Part shown: piece by piece, positions 47,378 to 58,102 of the stretch | Numbering within the stretch: the stretch's first letter is position 1 | How the letters are laid out: each line of letters starts with the position of its first letter | Assembly: GCA_963741955.1 (NCBI GenBank) | Contig: CAVUKB010000007.1 | Span: 1,120,001 to 1,184,000, forward strand | Origin: an uncultured Acidobacteriota bacterium | Lineage (GTDB): Bacteria > Acidobacteriota > Thermoanaerobaculia > Gp7-AA8 | DNA length: 64,000 nucleotides | Direction: 5' to 3' | Position numbers and translations under genes: made by a program | Notes under the pieces: model-generated | Databases searched by the model: none | What the model was told of the DNA's origin: nothing | The model's input: the letters and a program-made list of their open reading frames with translations, nothing else

Positions 47378-49317
47378 GTGCTCTCCTCGTCACGGCTGGC
47401 GCCTTCGGAGCGATACTCGCATCCTTTCCGTACCTCGTTCTGCGTGCACCGGTCCGAAAGCCGTACGCACTCTGGGACGCCGCGTCGTACGCGTTCGTGG
47501 TTGCGCTTCTGCTGTTGCGCGGAGCTCTGCGAGTCGAGATCGATCCGGCACTCGCTCTCGGGATCTTCGTCGTCGTGAAACTCGCAGGCTTTGCGGCCTT
47601 CGCGGTCACGGCGGAGGAGAGCCGGAACCTCAGATGGTCACCGCTGATCGCGGCGCTCCTGGCCGGAGCGGTGTATCTCGCTCTCATCCCTTCGGTGCTC
47701 CGCTATCCGCTCGATGGCGACGAGCCGTACTACGTTCTGATCGCGGAATCGATCCGCCATGACGGCGATCTCGATCTCGCCAATCAGTACGCAGAGATCG
47801 CACATTCGCCTGTCGGGCGGCCGAACCTGGGGCCGCAGCTGGGAGATCCGCGGGGATCTCACGGCGAGCAGTACTCCCGGCACGAGCCGTTTCTTCCTCT
47901 CCTTCTCGTTCCGGGTCTCACCGTCGCCGGGATTCCGGGTGCCGTCGCGACGATCGCTCTCTTCGGGGCCCTGCTGGTCTGGTCGACACTGCGATGGCTC
48001 GAGGAGGAAGGAGTCTCGAGACGCGCGGCGCTGCTGGTGTGGCCCTTCCTCGCATTCGGACCTCCGGTGATCGACTACTCGCTCCGGATCTGGCCGGCCG
48101 TTCCGGCAGCCTTCTTTTTCGTGCAGTCCGTCCGCGCGATTCGAAGCCGCCGCACCACGGCGGCGGGCGTCTGGCTCCTTCTACTCGCTCTCCTCAAGCT
48201 TCGCCTTCTCCTCATCGCGGCACCGCTCGCGCTCGTGCTGCTCGCCCGCCAGAGGGAGCGGTGGACGCGAGCCGCGTGGACCCTCCCGTTGCTCGCGATC
48301 CCGTTCGCTGTTCTCTGGTTCAGTTCGGGCCGGCCGCTCGGTGTTCATGCAGCGGGAGAGCTGCTTCCCCTCGTGTCGACCCGGTATCTGATCGGGATGT
48401 TCGGAACGCTTCTCGATGCACAGCGCGGACTCCTCTTTCAGGCTCCGCTCTGGTTCGCCGGAGCCCTGGCGCTGCTGCAGTGGGTCCGCCTTCCGGAAGG
48501 AGTGAAGATCGGCGCCATCGGCGTGATCCCTTATCTCGTGGTTCTCTTCCCGCGCGCCGAATGGCACGGCGGGTGGGCCCCTCCGCTGCGTTACATCGTC
48601 TTTCTCGTACCCCTTCTCGCGATCGCGTCCGCGACGGTGATCGAGAAACTCGTCCGGCGGGGATTCTTCCCCTGGATCGCGCTCTGGACCATGGGGCTCA
48701 CGGCTTACGGGATCGCATATCCGTTCGGCCTCTTTCACATCGAGAACGGCGAGAGCCGCTTCGGCGAATATCTTTCCCATCTCTACCACGCCGATTTCTC
48801 CCGGCTCCTTCCGAGCTTCGTCCGGGTGAACGAGGCCGCTGTGATCGCGTCGGCGATCCTCGCGGCTGGAGTGATCATCGGTGCGCTGACGCGGAGACGC
48901 GAGTGGCGGATGGAGCCGAAACATTCGTTCAGTGTGGCCGTCGCTGCCCTGGTGATCGCCGGAGGATTCCGCCTCGGGATGCAGCCAGCGGCGGTGGTGC
49001 AGTTCGAAGATGCCCACGTGATCCGCGAGGGGGGAGAGCTGTATCCGAAACGGTGGACCGTCGCCCGCTTCCTTTACACCGGAGGTTGGAGACTGACGCC
49101 CGGATCGCGTCTCGAGTTCCGATTCCGCAGCGGCAGCTCGCTGCTGTGGTATTCGTCGGATGGAGACGTGACCCTCGACGTGGATGGCAAAGTGGTGACG
49201 CTTCCACCGACCGACGGAAGGTTTCTTCCGTTCCGGATTCAGGTGCCGGCCCGGGAGGAGCATTCGATCCTCGCCGTTTCGGGGGAGGCGATCGTCGATC
49301 GGATCGAGCATGAATGA
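47374..49317 (+). CDS. GT-C-fold membrane glycosyltransferase-like protein
   Basis: GDEPYY...DGDLDLANQY first-loop acidic motif, GLLFQAP, GGWAPPLRY, more than 10 TM segments. Confidence 0.7.
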   Translation: MSALLVTAGAFGAILASFPYLVLRAPVRKPYALWDAASYAFVVALLLLRGALRVEIDPALALGIFVVVKLAGFAAFAVTAEESRNLRWSPLIAALLAGAVYLALIPSVLRYPLDGDEPYYVLIAESIRHDGDLDLANQYAEIAHSPVGRPNLGPQLGDPRGSHGEQYSRHEPFLPLLLVPGLTVAGIPGAVATIALFGALLVWSTLRWLEEEGVSRRAALLVWPFLAFGPPVIDYSLRIWPAVPAAFFFVQSVRAIRSRRTTAAGVWLLLLALLKLRLLLIAAPLALVLLARQRERWTRAAWTLPLLAIPFAVLWFSSGRPLGVHAAGELLPLVSTRYLIGMFGTLLDAQRGLLFQAPLWFAGALALLQWVRLPEGVKIGAIGVIPYLVVLFPRAEWHGGWAPPLRYIVFLVPLLAIASATVIEKLVRRGFFPWIALWTMGLTAYGIAYPFGLFHIENGESRFGEYLSHLYHADFSRLLPSFVRVNEAAVIASAILAAGVIIGALTRRREWRMEPKHSFSVAVAALVIAGGFRLGMQPAAVVQFEDAHVIREGGELYPKRWTVARFLYTGGWRLTPGSRLEFRFRSGSSLLWYSSDGDVTLDVDGKVVTLPPTDGRFLPFRIQVPAREEHSILAVSGEAIVDRIEHE

Positions 49318-50167
49318 CGTGGAGGTAGTTGTTCTCGATCTCGATGGAGGAGCGATGCTCCTCGAGTGCATCGACTCGCTGGCGCGGCAGAGCTCTCCGC
49401 CGCGACGGATCATCGTGGTCGACAACGGATCGGACGAGCCGGTCGCAACGCGAGTCGCCGGGCATCGCTGGCTTTTCGAAGTGACCCTCCTTCGGAGCGA
49501 GGAGAATCTCGGGTTCACGGGCGGCGTGAATCTGGCGATGCAGCAGGTGACGGCACCCTTCGTCGCGTTGATCAACAACGACGTGGTCCTCGATCCCGGC
49601 TGGATGGAAAGCCTGCGCAGGATCTTCGACGCCGATGTCCGGCTCGCGGCAGCACAGTCGGTCATCCGATCCGCGGATGGAAGTGTCGATGGTGCGGGTG
49701 TGGTGATTGCCGAAGGACGGATCGTCCAGCAGGGGCACGGCCGCCCGATCGCAGAGCTCGATCCGGTCGCTCCGTGGGGAGTCTCCGCGACCGCGGCACT
49801 CTTCCGGAGCGCGGCGCTCAGAGACGTCGCCATCCGCGACGACGTACTCCACCCGGCGTTCTTCGCGTATTACGAAGACGTGGAGCTCGCAGCCCGGCTG
49901 GCCGAGCGCGGGTGGAGAGTGGCGCTCGAGCCGCAGCCTCTCGCGACGCATGGCGCGTCGCGTTCCGCTTTCCGCCTCCCGGCTGCGCCGCGGTTGCGGG
50001 TCCGGAACCGCTACTGGGTCTGGAGACTTCACCGCGCCGGACGGCTCGCAGCACTGCTGAACGAGAATTTCCGCCAGATCGTACGGGCGCTCTCCCGTAT
50101 CCGCATCCGGGAAGCGGCGACGATCGTGCGAGGCGTGTTCGACGGTCTGATCCGCAGGATCGGGTAG
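49310..50167 (+). CDS. Glycosyltransferase family 2
   Basis: VVDNGS, NLGFTGG, LINND, FFAYYEDVEL. Confidence 0.9.
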   Translation: MNDVEVVVLDLDGGAMLLECIDSLARQSSPPRRIIVVDNGSDEPVATRVAGHRWLFEVTLLRSEENLGFTGGVNLAMQQVTAPFVALINNDVVLDPGWMESLRRIFDADVRLAAAQSVIRSADGSVDGAGVVIAEGRIVQQGHGRPIAELDPVAPWGVSATAALFRSAALRDVAIRDDVLHPAFFAYYEDVELAARLAERGWRVALEPQPLATHGASRSAFRLPAAPRLRVRNRYWVWRLHRAGRLAALLNENFRQIVRALSRIRIREAATIVRGVFDGLIRRIG

Positions 50168-50258
50168 CCCCCCCGGCGGCCGCGGATCGCGTCTCGCGAC
50201 CCGGACCTCCCTGTCGCAACCTGTCTTTCGCTCAACGATTGTGGTATCTCCCGAACCG

Positions 50259-51398
50259 ATGAAGGTCGTCGTCTACACCGCCGACGTCGTCGGAGAGCAG
50301 ATGGCCGGTCCGGGGATCCGGGCCTGGCATCTCGCCCGCGAGCTCGCTGCGCGGTTCGAGACGACACTCATCGCCCGGCTCGATGGTGTTCCTCCGGGCG
50401 AAGAGAAGGCTGCGCCGCTGCGGCTCGGATCGGAGGACGCGGCTCGGGCCTTGAGCGGCGCGGACGTTCTGATCGGCCAGCCGGAGGATGCACTCCTCCG
50501 CCGCGCGGGTTCGCAGCGGGTGATCTTCGATCTCTTCGATCCGAACGTCCTCGAACTGCGGGAGCTGTACCGTGACTCACATTCGCCGCGGGAGTGGCTG
50601 CACGAGACGATGGAATGGAGACGGCTGCGACGCGCGCTCGCGACGGGAGCTGCGCTCGTCGCAGCATCTCGAGCTCAAATCGGGTTTTACTCCGGCATCC
50701 GGGCGGGTGAACGGCGCACAGCCGCGGGGTGGAGCGAGCGGTGGATGGAAGTGCCGTTCGGCATCCCCGATGAGCCTCCCTCCGGCGAGCCGCCGGCGAT
50801 GATCAGGAATGGCGACCCGGTGATCATCTGGGGCGGAGGAATGTGGGAATGGCTCGACCCCGAGCTCGCGATCGACGCCGTGGTCGAGCTGAACCGGCGC
50901 GGAACGCGATGCCGGCTCCTTTTTCTCGGCGGCGCCCGCCCTCATGCCGGATCCATAAGAGCCGGAAAGCCCGGAAGGATGGAAGAAAAAGTCCGGGCGG
51001 CGGGTGACCGCGTCCTTCTCAATCGCGAGTGGGTCCCGTACGCGGAGAGGGGAAGGTGGCTTCTCGGCAGCCGTGGTGCGATCATGCTTCATCGGAGCAC
51101 CATGGAGGCGGAATTCTCCATTCGTACCCGTTTGTTCGATGCGCTCTGGTGCGGAGTTCCGGTCATCGCAACCCGAGGGGGGTTCGCGGCAGACCTCGTG
51201 AACGAGGAAGGACTCGGGATCGTGACGGAGGCGGGTGACCTCGAATCGGTGGTCGAGGGGATGAGGCGGATGGTCGAGGACGACGTTTCTCACGCGAGGT
51301 CCGTAAAGAGTATGGAACGGGTCCGTTCCCGGTTCCTCTGGAGGAGCGTGGCGGCTCCCCTGATCGAAAGAATCGAAGGATGGCGATCAGCACGATGA
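50259..51398 (+). CDS. Glycosyltransferase, GT-B fold (family 4-like)
   Basis: MAGPGIR, FDLFDP, WGGGMWEWLDP, RTRLFDALWCGVPVI. Confidence 0.85.
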   Translation: MKVVVYTADVVGEQMAGPGIRAWHLARELAARFETTLIARLDGVPPGEEKAAPLRLGSEDAARALSGADVLIGQPEDALLRRAGSQRVIFDLFDPNVLELRELYRDSHSPREWLHETMEWRRLRRALATGAALVAASRAQIGFYSGIRAGERRTAAGWSERWMEVPFGIPDEPPSGEPPAMIRNGDPVIIWGGGMWEWLDPELAIDAVVELNRRGTRCRLLFLGGARPHAGSIRAGKPGRMEEKVRAAGDRVLLNREWVPYAERGRWLLGSRGAIMLHRSTMEAEFSIRTRLFDALWCGVPVIATRGGFAADLVNEEGLGIVTEAGDLESVVEGMRRMVEDDVSHARSVKSMERVRSRFLWRSVAAPLIERIEGWRSAR

Positions 51399-52435
51399 CG
51401 ATTGCGGAACTCGCACGGCAGCGCCCGGTCGTCCCTCTCCGTGCGGAGAAGCCGGGTACAGCGGCACCGCGGCCGGAGCTCGCCCCCAAGGTTTCGGTTC
51501 TCATCGTGACCTGGAACAGCGCGGCGTGGATCGGGCGATGCCTCGGCGCCGTTCCCGCGGCATGCGGCGACGTCCCATGGGAAGTGATCGTCCACGACAA
51601 CGCCTCCTCCGATGAAACCGTCGATCTCGCGAGAGGGTTCCGCGACCGGGTCAGCGTCGCTTCCGACGACGCCAACAGCGGATTCGCCGGCGGAATGAAC
51701 CGCGCTCTGGAGCGTGCACGGGGAGAGTACGTCCTGTTTCTCAACCCCGACTGCGAGCTCGACCCCGATTCCGTCCGGACGCTCGCTTCCTATCTCGACA
51801 GCGAGCCTGCGGTCGCTGCCGTCGCTCCACTTCTTCACGGGGAAGACGGGCTTCCCCAGCGTGAGTTCCAGCTCCGGCGATTCCCGACGGTTCGTTCCCT
51901 CGTTTCGGATCTGCTCCTTCTGGACGAACTGATTCCGTCGAACGGCGCGGCTCACAGCTACCGCTATCGCGATCTCGACATCTCTCTGCCTCAAGCGGTC
52001 GAGCAACCCGCCGGGGCGGCGTTGATGGTCCGCCGTTCCGTTCTGCAGCGTGTGGGCTCGTTCGACGAGCGATTCTTCCCGGCCTGGTTCGAAGACGTCG
52101 ACCTCTGTCGCCGGCTGTGGGAGAGTGGCGGTGCGATTCACCTCGTGCCGTCGGCACGTGCGACGCACCGCGGCGGCGTCTGTCTCGACCACGTCGAGTT
52201 CGCCGAGTTTCTTTCGATCTGGTACCGGAACCTCGCGCTCTACGCATCGAAGTGGTTCCGTCGCGGTGACGTGGAGCTGCTCCGGATCGCGACGCTCCTC
52301 GGCATGAGCCTCCGCATCCTCGCCACCGCGGCCGGTCTCGGCCGCTCACCACTCCGCCGCCGTGAGACCCTTCGCGCCTATCGCCGGGTGCTGGGAGAAG
52401 CGTTCCGTCGATGGGAAGAGTCTCCGTCGTCCTGA
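51395..52435 (+). CDS. Glycosyltransferase family 2 (WbbL-like)
   Basis: IVTWN, DNASSD, FLNPD, GAALMVR, WFEDVDLC; alternative start at 51380. Confidence 0.9.
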   Translation: MTIAELARQRPVVPLRAEKPGTAAPRPELAPKVSVLIVTWNSAAWIGRCLGAVPAACGDVPWEVIVHDNASSDETVDLARGFRDRVSVASDDANSGFAGGMNRALERARGEYVLFLNPDCELDPDSVRTLASYLDSEPAVAAVAPLLHGEDGLPQREFQLRRFPTVRSLVSDLLLLDELIPSNGAAHSYRYRDLDISLPQAVEQPAGAALMVRRSVLQRVGSFDERFFPAWFEDVDLCRRLWESGGAIHLVPSARATHRGGVCLDHVEFAEFLSIWYRNLALYASKWFRRGDVELLRIATLLGMSLRILATAAGLGRSPLRRRETLRAYRRVLGEAFRRWEESPSS

Positions 52436-53382
52436 TCACATGGAATAGCGCCACGTGGCTCCGGCGCTGTCTCGAGGGGATCGCCGGACAGAGCTGGGGC
52501 GAGCTCGAAGTCATCGTCATCGACAACGCCTCTTCCGATGAATCGGTCGCGATCCTCGAGAGCTCCGGTGTTCCGCTCCGGATCGTCCGCAATCGCGAGA
52601 ACGCCGGTTTCGCCCCGGCCGCGAACCAGGGGATCGCACATGCGAGCGGCGAGTGGGTTCTCCTTCTCAACCCCGACGTCTATCTCGCACCGGACTACGT
52701 CGAGAGTCTGGTCCGGGCGCTGGAAGGTGCGGGAGAACGGTTCGGCTCGGCCACCGGGAAGCTGTTGCGTGGCATCGGCGGCGGGATCGAGCCGACCTCC
52801 GTCGTCGACTCCCTCGGGATTCGGATGACCCGGAGCGGCCGCCATCTCGACATCGGTGCCGGGACCGACGACCGCAACGACACAGTCACGCAGGAAGTGT
52901 TCGGTGTCTCCGGCGCTGCGGCTCTCTACCGTCGGTCGTTCCTCGATGACGCAGCGATTGAGGGTCAGGTCTTCGATGAGAACTTTTTTGCGTACCGGGA
53001 GGATGCCGACCTCTCCTGGAGAGGGAGGCTCTTCGGGTGGTGCGCTCTCTCGGTTCCGGCGGCGGTGGGATGGCACGTGCGGCGGGTCACCCCGGAAGTC
53101 CGGCGCTCACTTCCGTCGGCGATCAACATGCACTCGGTGAAGAACCGCTTTCTGCTCCGGATCTCGAACGAAGGCGCGGGAGTCGCGCTGAGAAACTTTC
53201 CGTTCGAGCTGCTGCGTGACGCGACGGTGATCGGAGCGACCCTGACCGTTGAGCGGTCCTCTCTTCCGGCACTGCGCTGGTTGTGGCAACATCGCCGCGA
53301 GGCGATGCAGAAGCGAAGAGTCGTCCAGTCGAGACGGAGAGTTCCGGATCGCGAGATCGCGCGGTGGTTCAGGGGATGGTGA
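52411..53382 (+). CDS. Glycosyltransferase family 2
   Basis: IDNASSD, LLNPD, SGAAALYR, FFAYREDADLSWR. Confidence 0.9.
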   Translation: MGRVSVVLITWNSATWLRRCLEGIAGQSWGELEVIVIDNASSDESVAILESSGVPLRIVRNRENAGFAPAANQGIAHASGEWVLLLNPDVYLAPDYVESLVRALEGAGERFGSATGKLLRGIGGGIEPTSVVDSLGIRMTRSGRHLDIGAGTDDRNDTVTQEVFGVSGAAALYRRSFLDDAAIEGQVFDENFFAYREDADLSWRGRLFGWCALSVPAAVGWHVRRVTPEVRRSLPSAINMHSVKNRFLLRISNEGAGVALRNFPFELLRDATVIGATLTVERSSLPALRWLWQHRREAMQKRRVVQSRRRVPDREIARWFRGW

Positions 53383-54488
53383 GCGAGGGCCCGAAACTCT
53401 CGGTCGCGATCCTCGGAACCCGCGGAGTCCCGCCTCGCTATGGAGGATTCGAGACGTTCGCCGCGGAGCTGGGGAAGCGACTGGTCGCTCGCGGGCACCG
53501 GGTCACTGTCTACTGTCGCGCCGCTCTCTACCCTGACGCGCCCCGCGAGTGGGAAGGAATCCGGCGCGTCGATCTCCCCGCCTTCGGCCACAAGTACCTC
53601 GAGACCGTCACCCATACTCTCGTGTCGGGCCTCCACGCGATGAGTGAGGCCTATGACGTTGCGCTCGTCTGCAACGCTGCGAACGCGTTCGTCCTCCCGT
53701 TGCTGCGCTCCGCCCGAATTCCGGTCGCGATCAACGTCGACGGGATCGAGCGGAAACGGAAGAAGTGGAACGCGCTCGGCCGGATGGTCTACCACGCCGG
53801 CGAGGCGCTCTCGGTCTCCCGCTCGGATGCACTCGTCGCGGATGCGAGCGTCATCGCGGATTACTACCGGACCGAATTCGGGTGTCAGGCCCGAGTGATC
53901 CCGTACGGCTGCGAGTTTCCCGAAGAGAGCGAAAGCGACATTCTCCGGAGACTGGAAATTCTGCCCCGGCGGTATCTCCTGTACGTCAGCCGCTTCGAGC
54001 CCGAGAACAACGCCCTCGAGGTGGTCGAAGCGTACGGGCGGATCCGAGCGGAGCTTCCCCTGGTGATGGTCGGTGATGCGCCCTACGCGAAAGACTACAT
54101 CGCCCGGGTGCGGAGTGCGGCTGACGAGCGGGTTCTCTTTCCGGGAGCCGTTTACGGGATCGACTACCGCACCCTGCAGCGGAATGCCCTCCTTTACATC
54201 CAGGCGACCGAAATCGGAGGGACGCACCCCGCCCTGATCGAAGCGATGGCTTCGGGAGGCGCAGTCCTCGCCAACGGCACGCCCGAGAACCGAGAGGTGG
54301 GGGGAGATGCGGTCCGCTACTTCAGCCTTGGCGAAGGTGAGACCCTTTCCGCGCTCCTTCGCGAGCTTCTGAGTCGACCCGGAGACATCGAGAACCTCCG
54401 GCCGCCCGCGCGCCGCCGTGCGCTGCACCTCTATGGGTGGGAAGGAGTCACCGACCGGTACGAGAAACTCTTTCGCGAGCTGCGGTGA
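53376..54488 (+). CDS. GT4 glycosyltransferase with DUF1972-type N-terminus (WchF/RgpA-like)
   Basis: ILGTRGVPPRYGGFETF, NVDGIE, RFEPENN, GGTHPALIEAM. Confidence 0.88.
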   Translation: MVSEGPKLSVAILGTRGVPPRYGGFETFAAELGKRLVARGHRVTVYCRAALYPDAPREWEGIRRVDLPAFGHKYLETVTHTLVSGLHAMSEAYDVALVCNAANAFVLPLLRSARIPVAINVDGIERKRKKWNALGRMVYHAGEALSVSRSDALVADASVIADYYRTEFGCQARVIPYGCEFPEESESDILRRLEILPRRYLLYVSRFEPENNALEVVEAYGRIRAELPLVMVGDAPYAKDYIARVRSAADERVLFPGAVYGIDYRTLQRNALLYIQATEIGGTHPALIEAMASGGAVLANGTPENREVGGDAVRYFSLGEGETLSALLRELLSRPGDIENLRPPARRRALHLYGWEGVTDRYEKLFRELR

Positions 54489-54704
54489 CGGAAGCGTTTC
54501 GGAGGAAATTCGAGGGCGGACTAGACGTTTTGTTGGCGGGACGCGTATCTATCGGTCGAGACGGTTCAGCCGTCCGAAGGCGAGCCGGAAGTCCCTGCAC
54601 CTGTTGAGTTTGACCGAGATGACCAGAACGGCTAAAGTGGGCGCGGATCGACCGGGTCACCGGCGGCCCCGGGGTGGCATGGCGTCCGGGCGGCAGAGGT
54701 AACG

Positions 54705-56153
54705 ATGCTCAAGCAGCAAGCGAAACTCGTTGCTCGAATCGTATATCTGGTCGATGTCCTTCTCGTCGCGGCGGCGTTCTTCGCCGCGTTTTACTCCCGC
54801 GACTTCTTTTTCCCGCTTCTCGATCCCCGGGACTTCCCGACGGGCCTCTTTCCGCTCGCCCAATACCTGAAGATCTTCCCCATAGTGGTGATTATCTGGT
54901 CACTGCTGCTCTTCAACAACCGCAGCTACCACAGCCACCGGACCATCCCTCTGAAGAGTGAAGCGGTGGCGATCCTCCGGATCTGTTTCGTCGGCATCGT
55001 CTTCCTCGCGACGATCGCGTGGTTCGTTCCGCTGCCCCAGCTCTCCCGAAGCTGGTTCGTTCTCTTCGGTGGCTTTTCGACGCTCTTCCTTCTCTCGGAG
55101 AAACTCGTCGTCCGGGCACTCGCCCGCTACGTGCGCGCACGGGGAATGAATTACCGGACCATCCTCATCGTCGGGACGGGCCGGCGTGCCCGTGAGATCG
55201 TGAGTCTGATCGAAGGGCACCAGTACTGGGGTTACCGGATTCTCGGTTTCATCTCCGACGGTCACCGCCTGCCGAACGGGTGGGGACGGTTCCGCGTGCT
55301 CGGGACGATGGCCGATCTGCGGAAGATCATCGAGCACGGCATCGAGGGGCAGCGGGATGCGATCGACGAGATCATTTTCGCCGTTCCGCGCCGCAAGCTC
55401 GAGTCGATACGTTCGGTCTTTCTCCTTGCGGAGGAGCTGGGGATCCGGACCCGGGTGGCGATGAACTTCTTCCCCAGCCGGCTGGCACGGGTCGAGCTCG
55501 AAGACCTCGACGGAATTCCGCTGCTGACGTTTTCGACCACGCCGTCCGATATCGAGCAGCTCGCGATGAAGAGGGCGATCGACGTCGTTCTTTCGGCCGT
55601 GCTGCTCATTCTGGCGGCGCCGGTCGTCGGCATCTCTGCCTTGATCATCAAACTCAGTTCGCCCGGCGGCGTTCTTTTCAAGCAGGAGCGGATCGGATTG
55701 AACGGCCGTATTTTCACGCTGTACAAGTTCCGCACGATGATTGCGGATGCGCATCAGAGACGAATCGATTTCGAGCATCTCAACGAGATGTCGGGGCCGG
55801 TGTTCAAGGTGAAGAACGATCCTCGCGTCACTCCGGTCGGGAAGATCCTTCGGAAGTTCTCGCTCGACGAAATTCCGCAACTCTGGAATGTCCTCCGCGG
55901 CGACATGAGTATCGTCGGTCCGCGTCCGCCGATTCCGGAAGAAGTCTGGCGCTACCAGACCTGGCAGCGGCGCCGCCTTTCGATGAAACCGGGATTGACG
56001 TGCCTCTGGCAGGTGAGCGGCAGGAACAACGTCGACTTCGATCGCTGGATGCAGCTCGATCTCCAGTACATCGACAACTGGTCCCCGATTCTCGACCTCA
56101 AGATCATGCTCCGCACCATTCCGGTGGTTCTCTCCGGCCGCGGCGCGTTCTGA
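54705..56153 (+). CDS. Priming undecaprenyl-phosphate sugar phosphotransferase (WcaJ/CpsE-like)
   Basis: [51 protein letters not shown]. Confidence 0.95.
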   Translation: MLKQQAKLVARIVYLVDVLLVAAAFFAAFYSRDFFFPLLDPRDFPTGLFPLAQYLKIFPIVVIIWSLLLFNNRSYHSHRTIPLKSEAVAILRICFVGIVFLATIAWFVPLPQLSRSWFVLFGGFSTLFLLSEKLVVRALARYVRARGMNYRTILIVGTGRRAREIVSLIEGHQYWGYRILGFISDGHRLPNGWGRFRVLGTMADLRKIIEHGIEGQRDAIDEIIFAVPRRKLESIRSVFLLAEELGIRTRVAMNFFPSRLARVELEDLDGIPLLTFSTTPSDIEQLAMKRAIDVVLSAVLLILAAPVVGISALIIKLSSPGGVLFKQERIGLNGRIFTLYKFRTMIADAHQRRIDFEHLNEMSGPVFKVKNDPRVTPVGKILRKFSLDEIPQLWNVLRGDMSIVGPRPPIPEEVWRYQTWQRRRLSMKPGLTCLWQVSGRNNVDFDRWMQLDLQYIDNWSPILDLKIMLRTIPVVLSGRGAF

Positions 56154-56244
56154 TCCGCAGAGACTCTTCGTACGTCCTCCGCGCCGAAAGGTCGCTATCC
56201 CCCTCCGCAGCAGAGACGCCAGTGCGAATCTCGCAGGCGCCCGT

Positions 56245-57582
56245 TCACTCAGTGTCGAGCGCTCGTGAATCGACTCTTTCCCGTATGACGCCGAGCATCA
56301 TCGCGACGGCGACATAGCCGAGGAGCACCGCCACCGGAGCAGTGATCCGGCCCCAGGAGTTCTCCACGTGCCACGCGACGTCGGCGGGTGTGACCAGATA
56401 CGCGGCGAAGTAGAAGCAGAGCTGGAATGTGGCCGCTCCCAGAAGAAAGCGCTCCCGGCTGATCGTCTTCATCCCGGCAACCAGGAGTGCGGCGACCGCG
56501 GCGACCCAGAAGAGTGGCTGCTCGATCGGCGAGTGGAGCACGAGGGAAGCACGCACGCCGAGCTCTCCCGCACCCTGCGCCAGGCGTCGTAGCGCATGGC
56601 CGGCGAAGAGGTCTTCGTGAAGCCCGTGCGCGCGGCTCGCGACGAACCATACCGCAGGGAGCACGAAGCAGAGGGAGATCTCTCCCCATCGTCTTCGACT
56701 CGCTCGACCGGAAAGAAGCACTGATGCGCAGGCCGCGACGGCCATGGCAAAGCCTTCGTTCTTCGTCAGCGCACCGAGGCCCAGGAGCACCGCCCCGGCG
56801 ATCACGTCTCGCGAGCGGTCGAGCTTCAGACCGCGACGGACGAAGAGCAGACCGGGGAGGAACATCGCCAGGAGCGGGAGCTCGGCGACCCCGATCCAGG
56901 GTGACATCACCGGTCCGGCGAGGAGGAGCGTTCCGACCGCCGCCGTCGTTTCACTCCGCCATTCTTCGCTCAGTGCGTCCCGGACGATGAGGAGAATTGC
57001 CGCGGCGAACGCCACGTACAGAATTCCGAGCCACCGGTCGTTCCAGCCCCGGCCGACCAGTGCGATGAAGTCGAAGAGCAAGGGGAGGAGCGGTGGGTAG
57101 GCCGGATGGAAGTAGACGTGGATCGGTTCGGCGAGAAACGCGAAATCGATTCCTCTCGAGATCCAGAACTGCTGGCCCTTCAGCCCCCAGATCGCCCAGA
57201 AGTCCCAAGGCCATGGAGAGGCGAGCGTTGCGAACCGGGCATATCCGGCGACGAGGAGAAGGGTTGCGAGATCGATAGTGAGAGCTGCAATCCCGGCCGG
57301 CGAGGCTCCGGTCTCCATCGCCGTGTTGCCGTTCGCATGGGGGCCTCCTCGCAACACCAATGCGAAGGCGACGACGAAAAGCAACAGAGAGGCGATCGTG
57401 ACGCGTGGAACCGACCAGGCAACTCCGGCGAGTGAAAAAGAGAGCAGCACCAGAGAGACGACTCCACAACCGAACAGGAACGAGAGTCCGAGTGTGGTGC
57501 GCCACCGGCGGCGGCCGGTCAGAATGGCGAACGGAATCCCGAGGATCAGAATCTGGAGAATGGCGAGAAGCGTCGGAGTCAT
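56245..57582 (-). CDS. GT-C-fold membrane glycosyltransferase-like protein
   Basis: WDFWAIWGLK, HPAYPPLLP, TKNEG; multiple TM segments; ATGA overlap with the upstream gene. Confidence 0.72.
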   Translation of the reverse strand: MTPTLLAILQILILGIPFAILTGRRRWRTTLGLSFLFGCGVVSLVLLSFSLAGVAWSVPRVTIASLLLFVVAFALVLRGGPHANGNTAMETGASPAGIAALTIDLATLLLVAGYARFATLASPWPWDFWAIWGLKGQQFWISRGIDFAFLAEPIHVYFHPAYPPLLPLLFDFIALVGRGWNDRWLGILYVAFAAAILLIVRDALSEEWRSETTAAVGTLLLAGPVMSPWIGVAELPLLAMFLPGLLFVRRGLKLDRSRDVIAGAVLLGLGALTKNEGFAMAVAACASVLLSGRASRRRWGEISLCFVLPAVWFVASRAHGLHEDLFAGHALRRLAQGAGELGVRASLVLHSPIEQPLFWVAAVAALLVAGMKTISRERFLLGAATFQLCFYFAAYLVTPADVAWHVENSWGRITAPVAVLLGYVAVAMMLGVIRERVDSRALDTE

Positions 57583-58052
57583 CGCGTCCTCCGGTAGATC
57601 GCTCCTTCGTCCGTGGTGCGGACGAGCCGGAATCCGGGGATGGTGGGCGTCTCGCGCCACGCCGCGACGTACTCGGCATGACGGAGTACTTCCGGAGTCC
57701 AGGAGTCCTGATCGTTCATCAGCGGGAGAACGCGCCGGTCACCGAGGAGATATGTCGCGCGGTAGTAGGCGTAGGAGTAGCCGTGGTGCCAGCTCTTCAT
57801 CGGGACGACGATGGCGATCGAATCACCGGGCGCAGTCGCTTCTTTCACTTGCCGCAGGAAACGCGGATAGCCCTGGGCAGTGAAATCGGGAATTCGCTGA
57901 AATCTCGCACCCATTTCGCGGCGATCCACGAAGAACGCCTGCACGTACGCGATCCGGAACCCGCCGATGAAGAGGAGGGCGAGCACCGTCACTGCCGCGC
58001 CGGTGCGGAGGTCGAGGAGTTTGCGTTGGCGCTCCGGCGACTCTCTGATCAC
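57579..58052 (-). CDS. Membrane-anchored hypothetical protein
   Basis: GTG start 6 nt after TGcTACCTT; one TM, then YYRATYLL; coupled to the GT-C-like gene. Confidence 0.7.
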   Translation of the reverse strand: MIRESPERQRKLLDLRTGAAVTVLALLFIGGFRIAYVQAFFVDRREMGARFQRIPDFTAQGYPRFLRQVKEATAPGDSIAIVVPMKSWHHGYSYAYYRATYLLGDRRVLPLMNDQDSWTPEVLRHAEYVAAWRETPTIPGFRLVRTTDEGAIYRRTR

Positions 58053-58102
58053 CCCGGGAAGGTAGCATGCCACGCTCGGCGGCGGTGACATAATGTCGCC
58101 CC

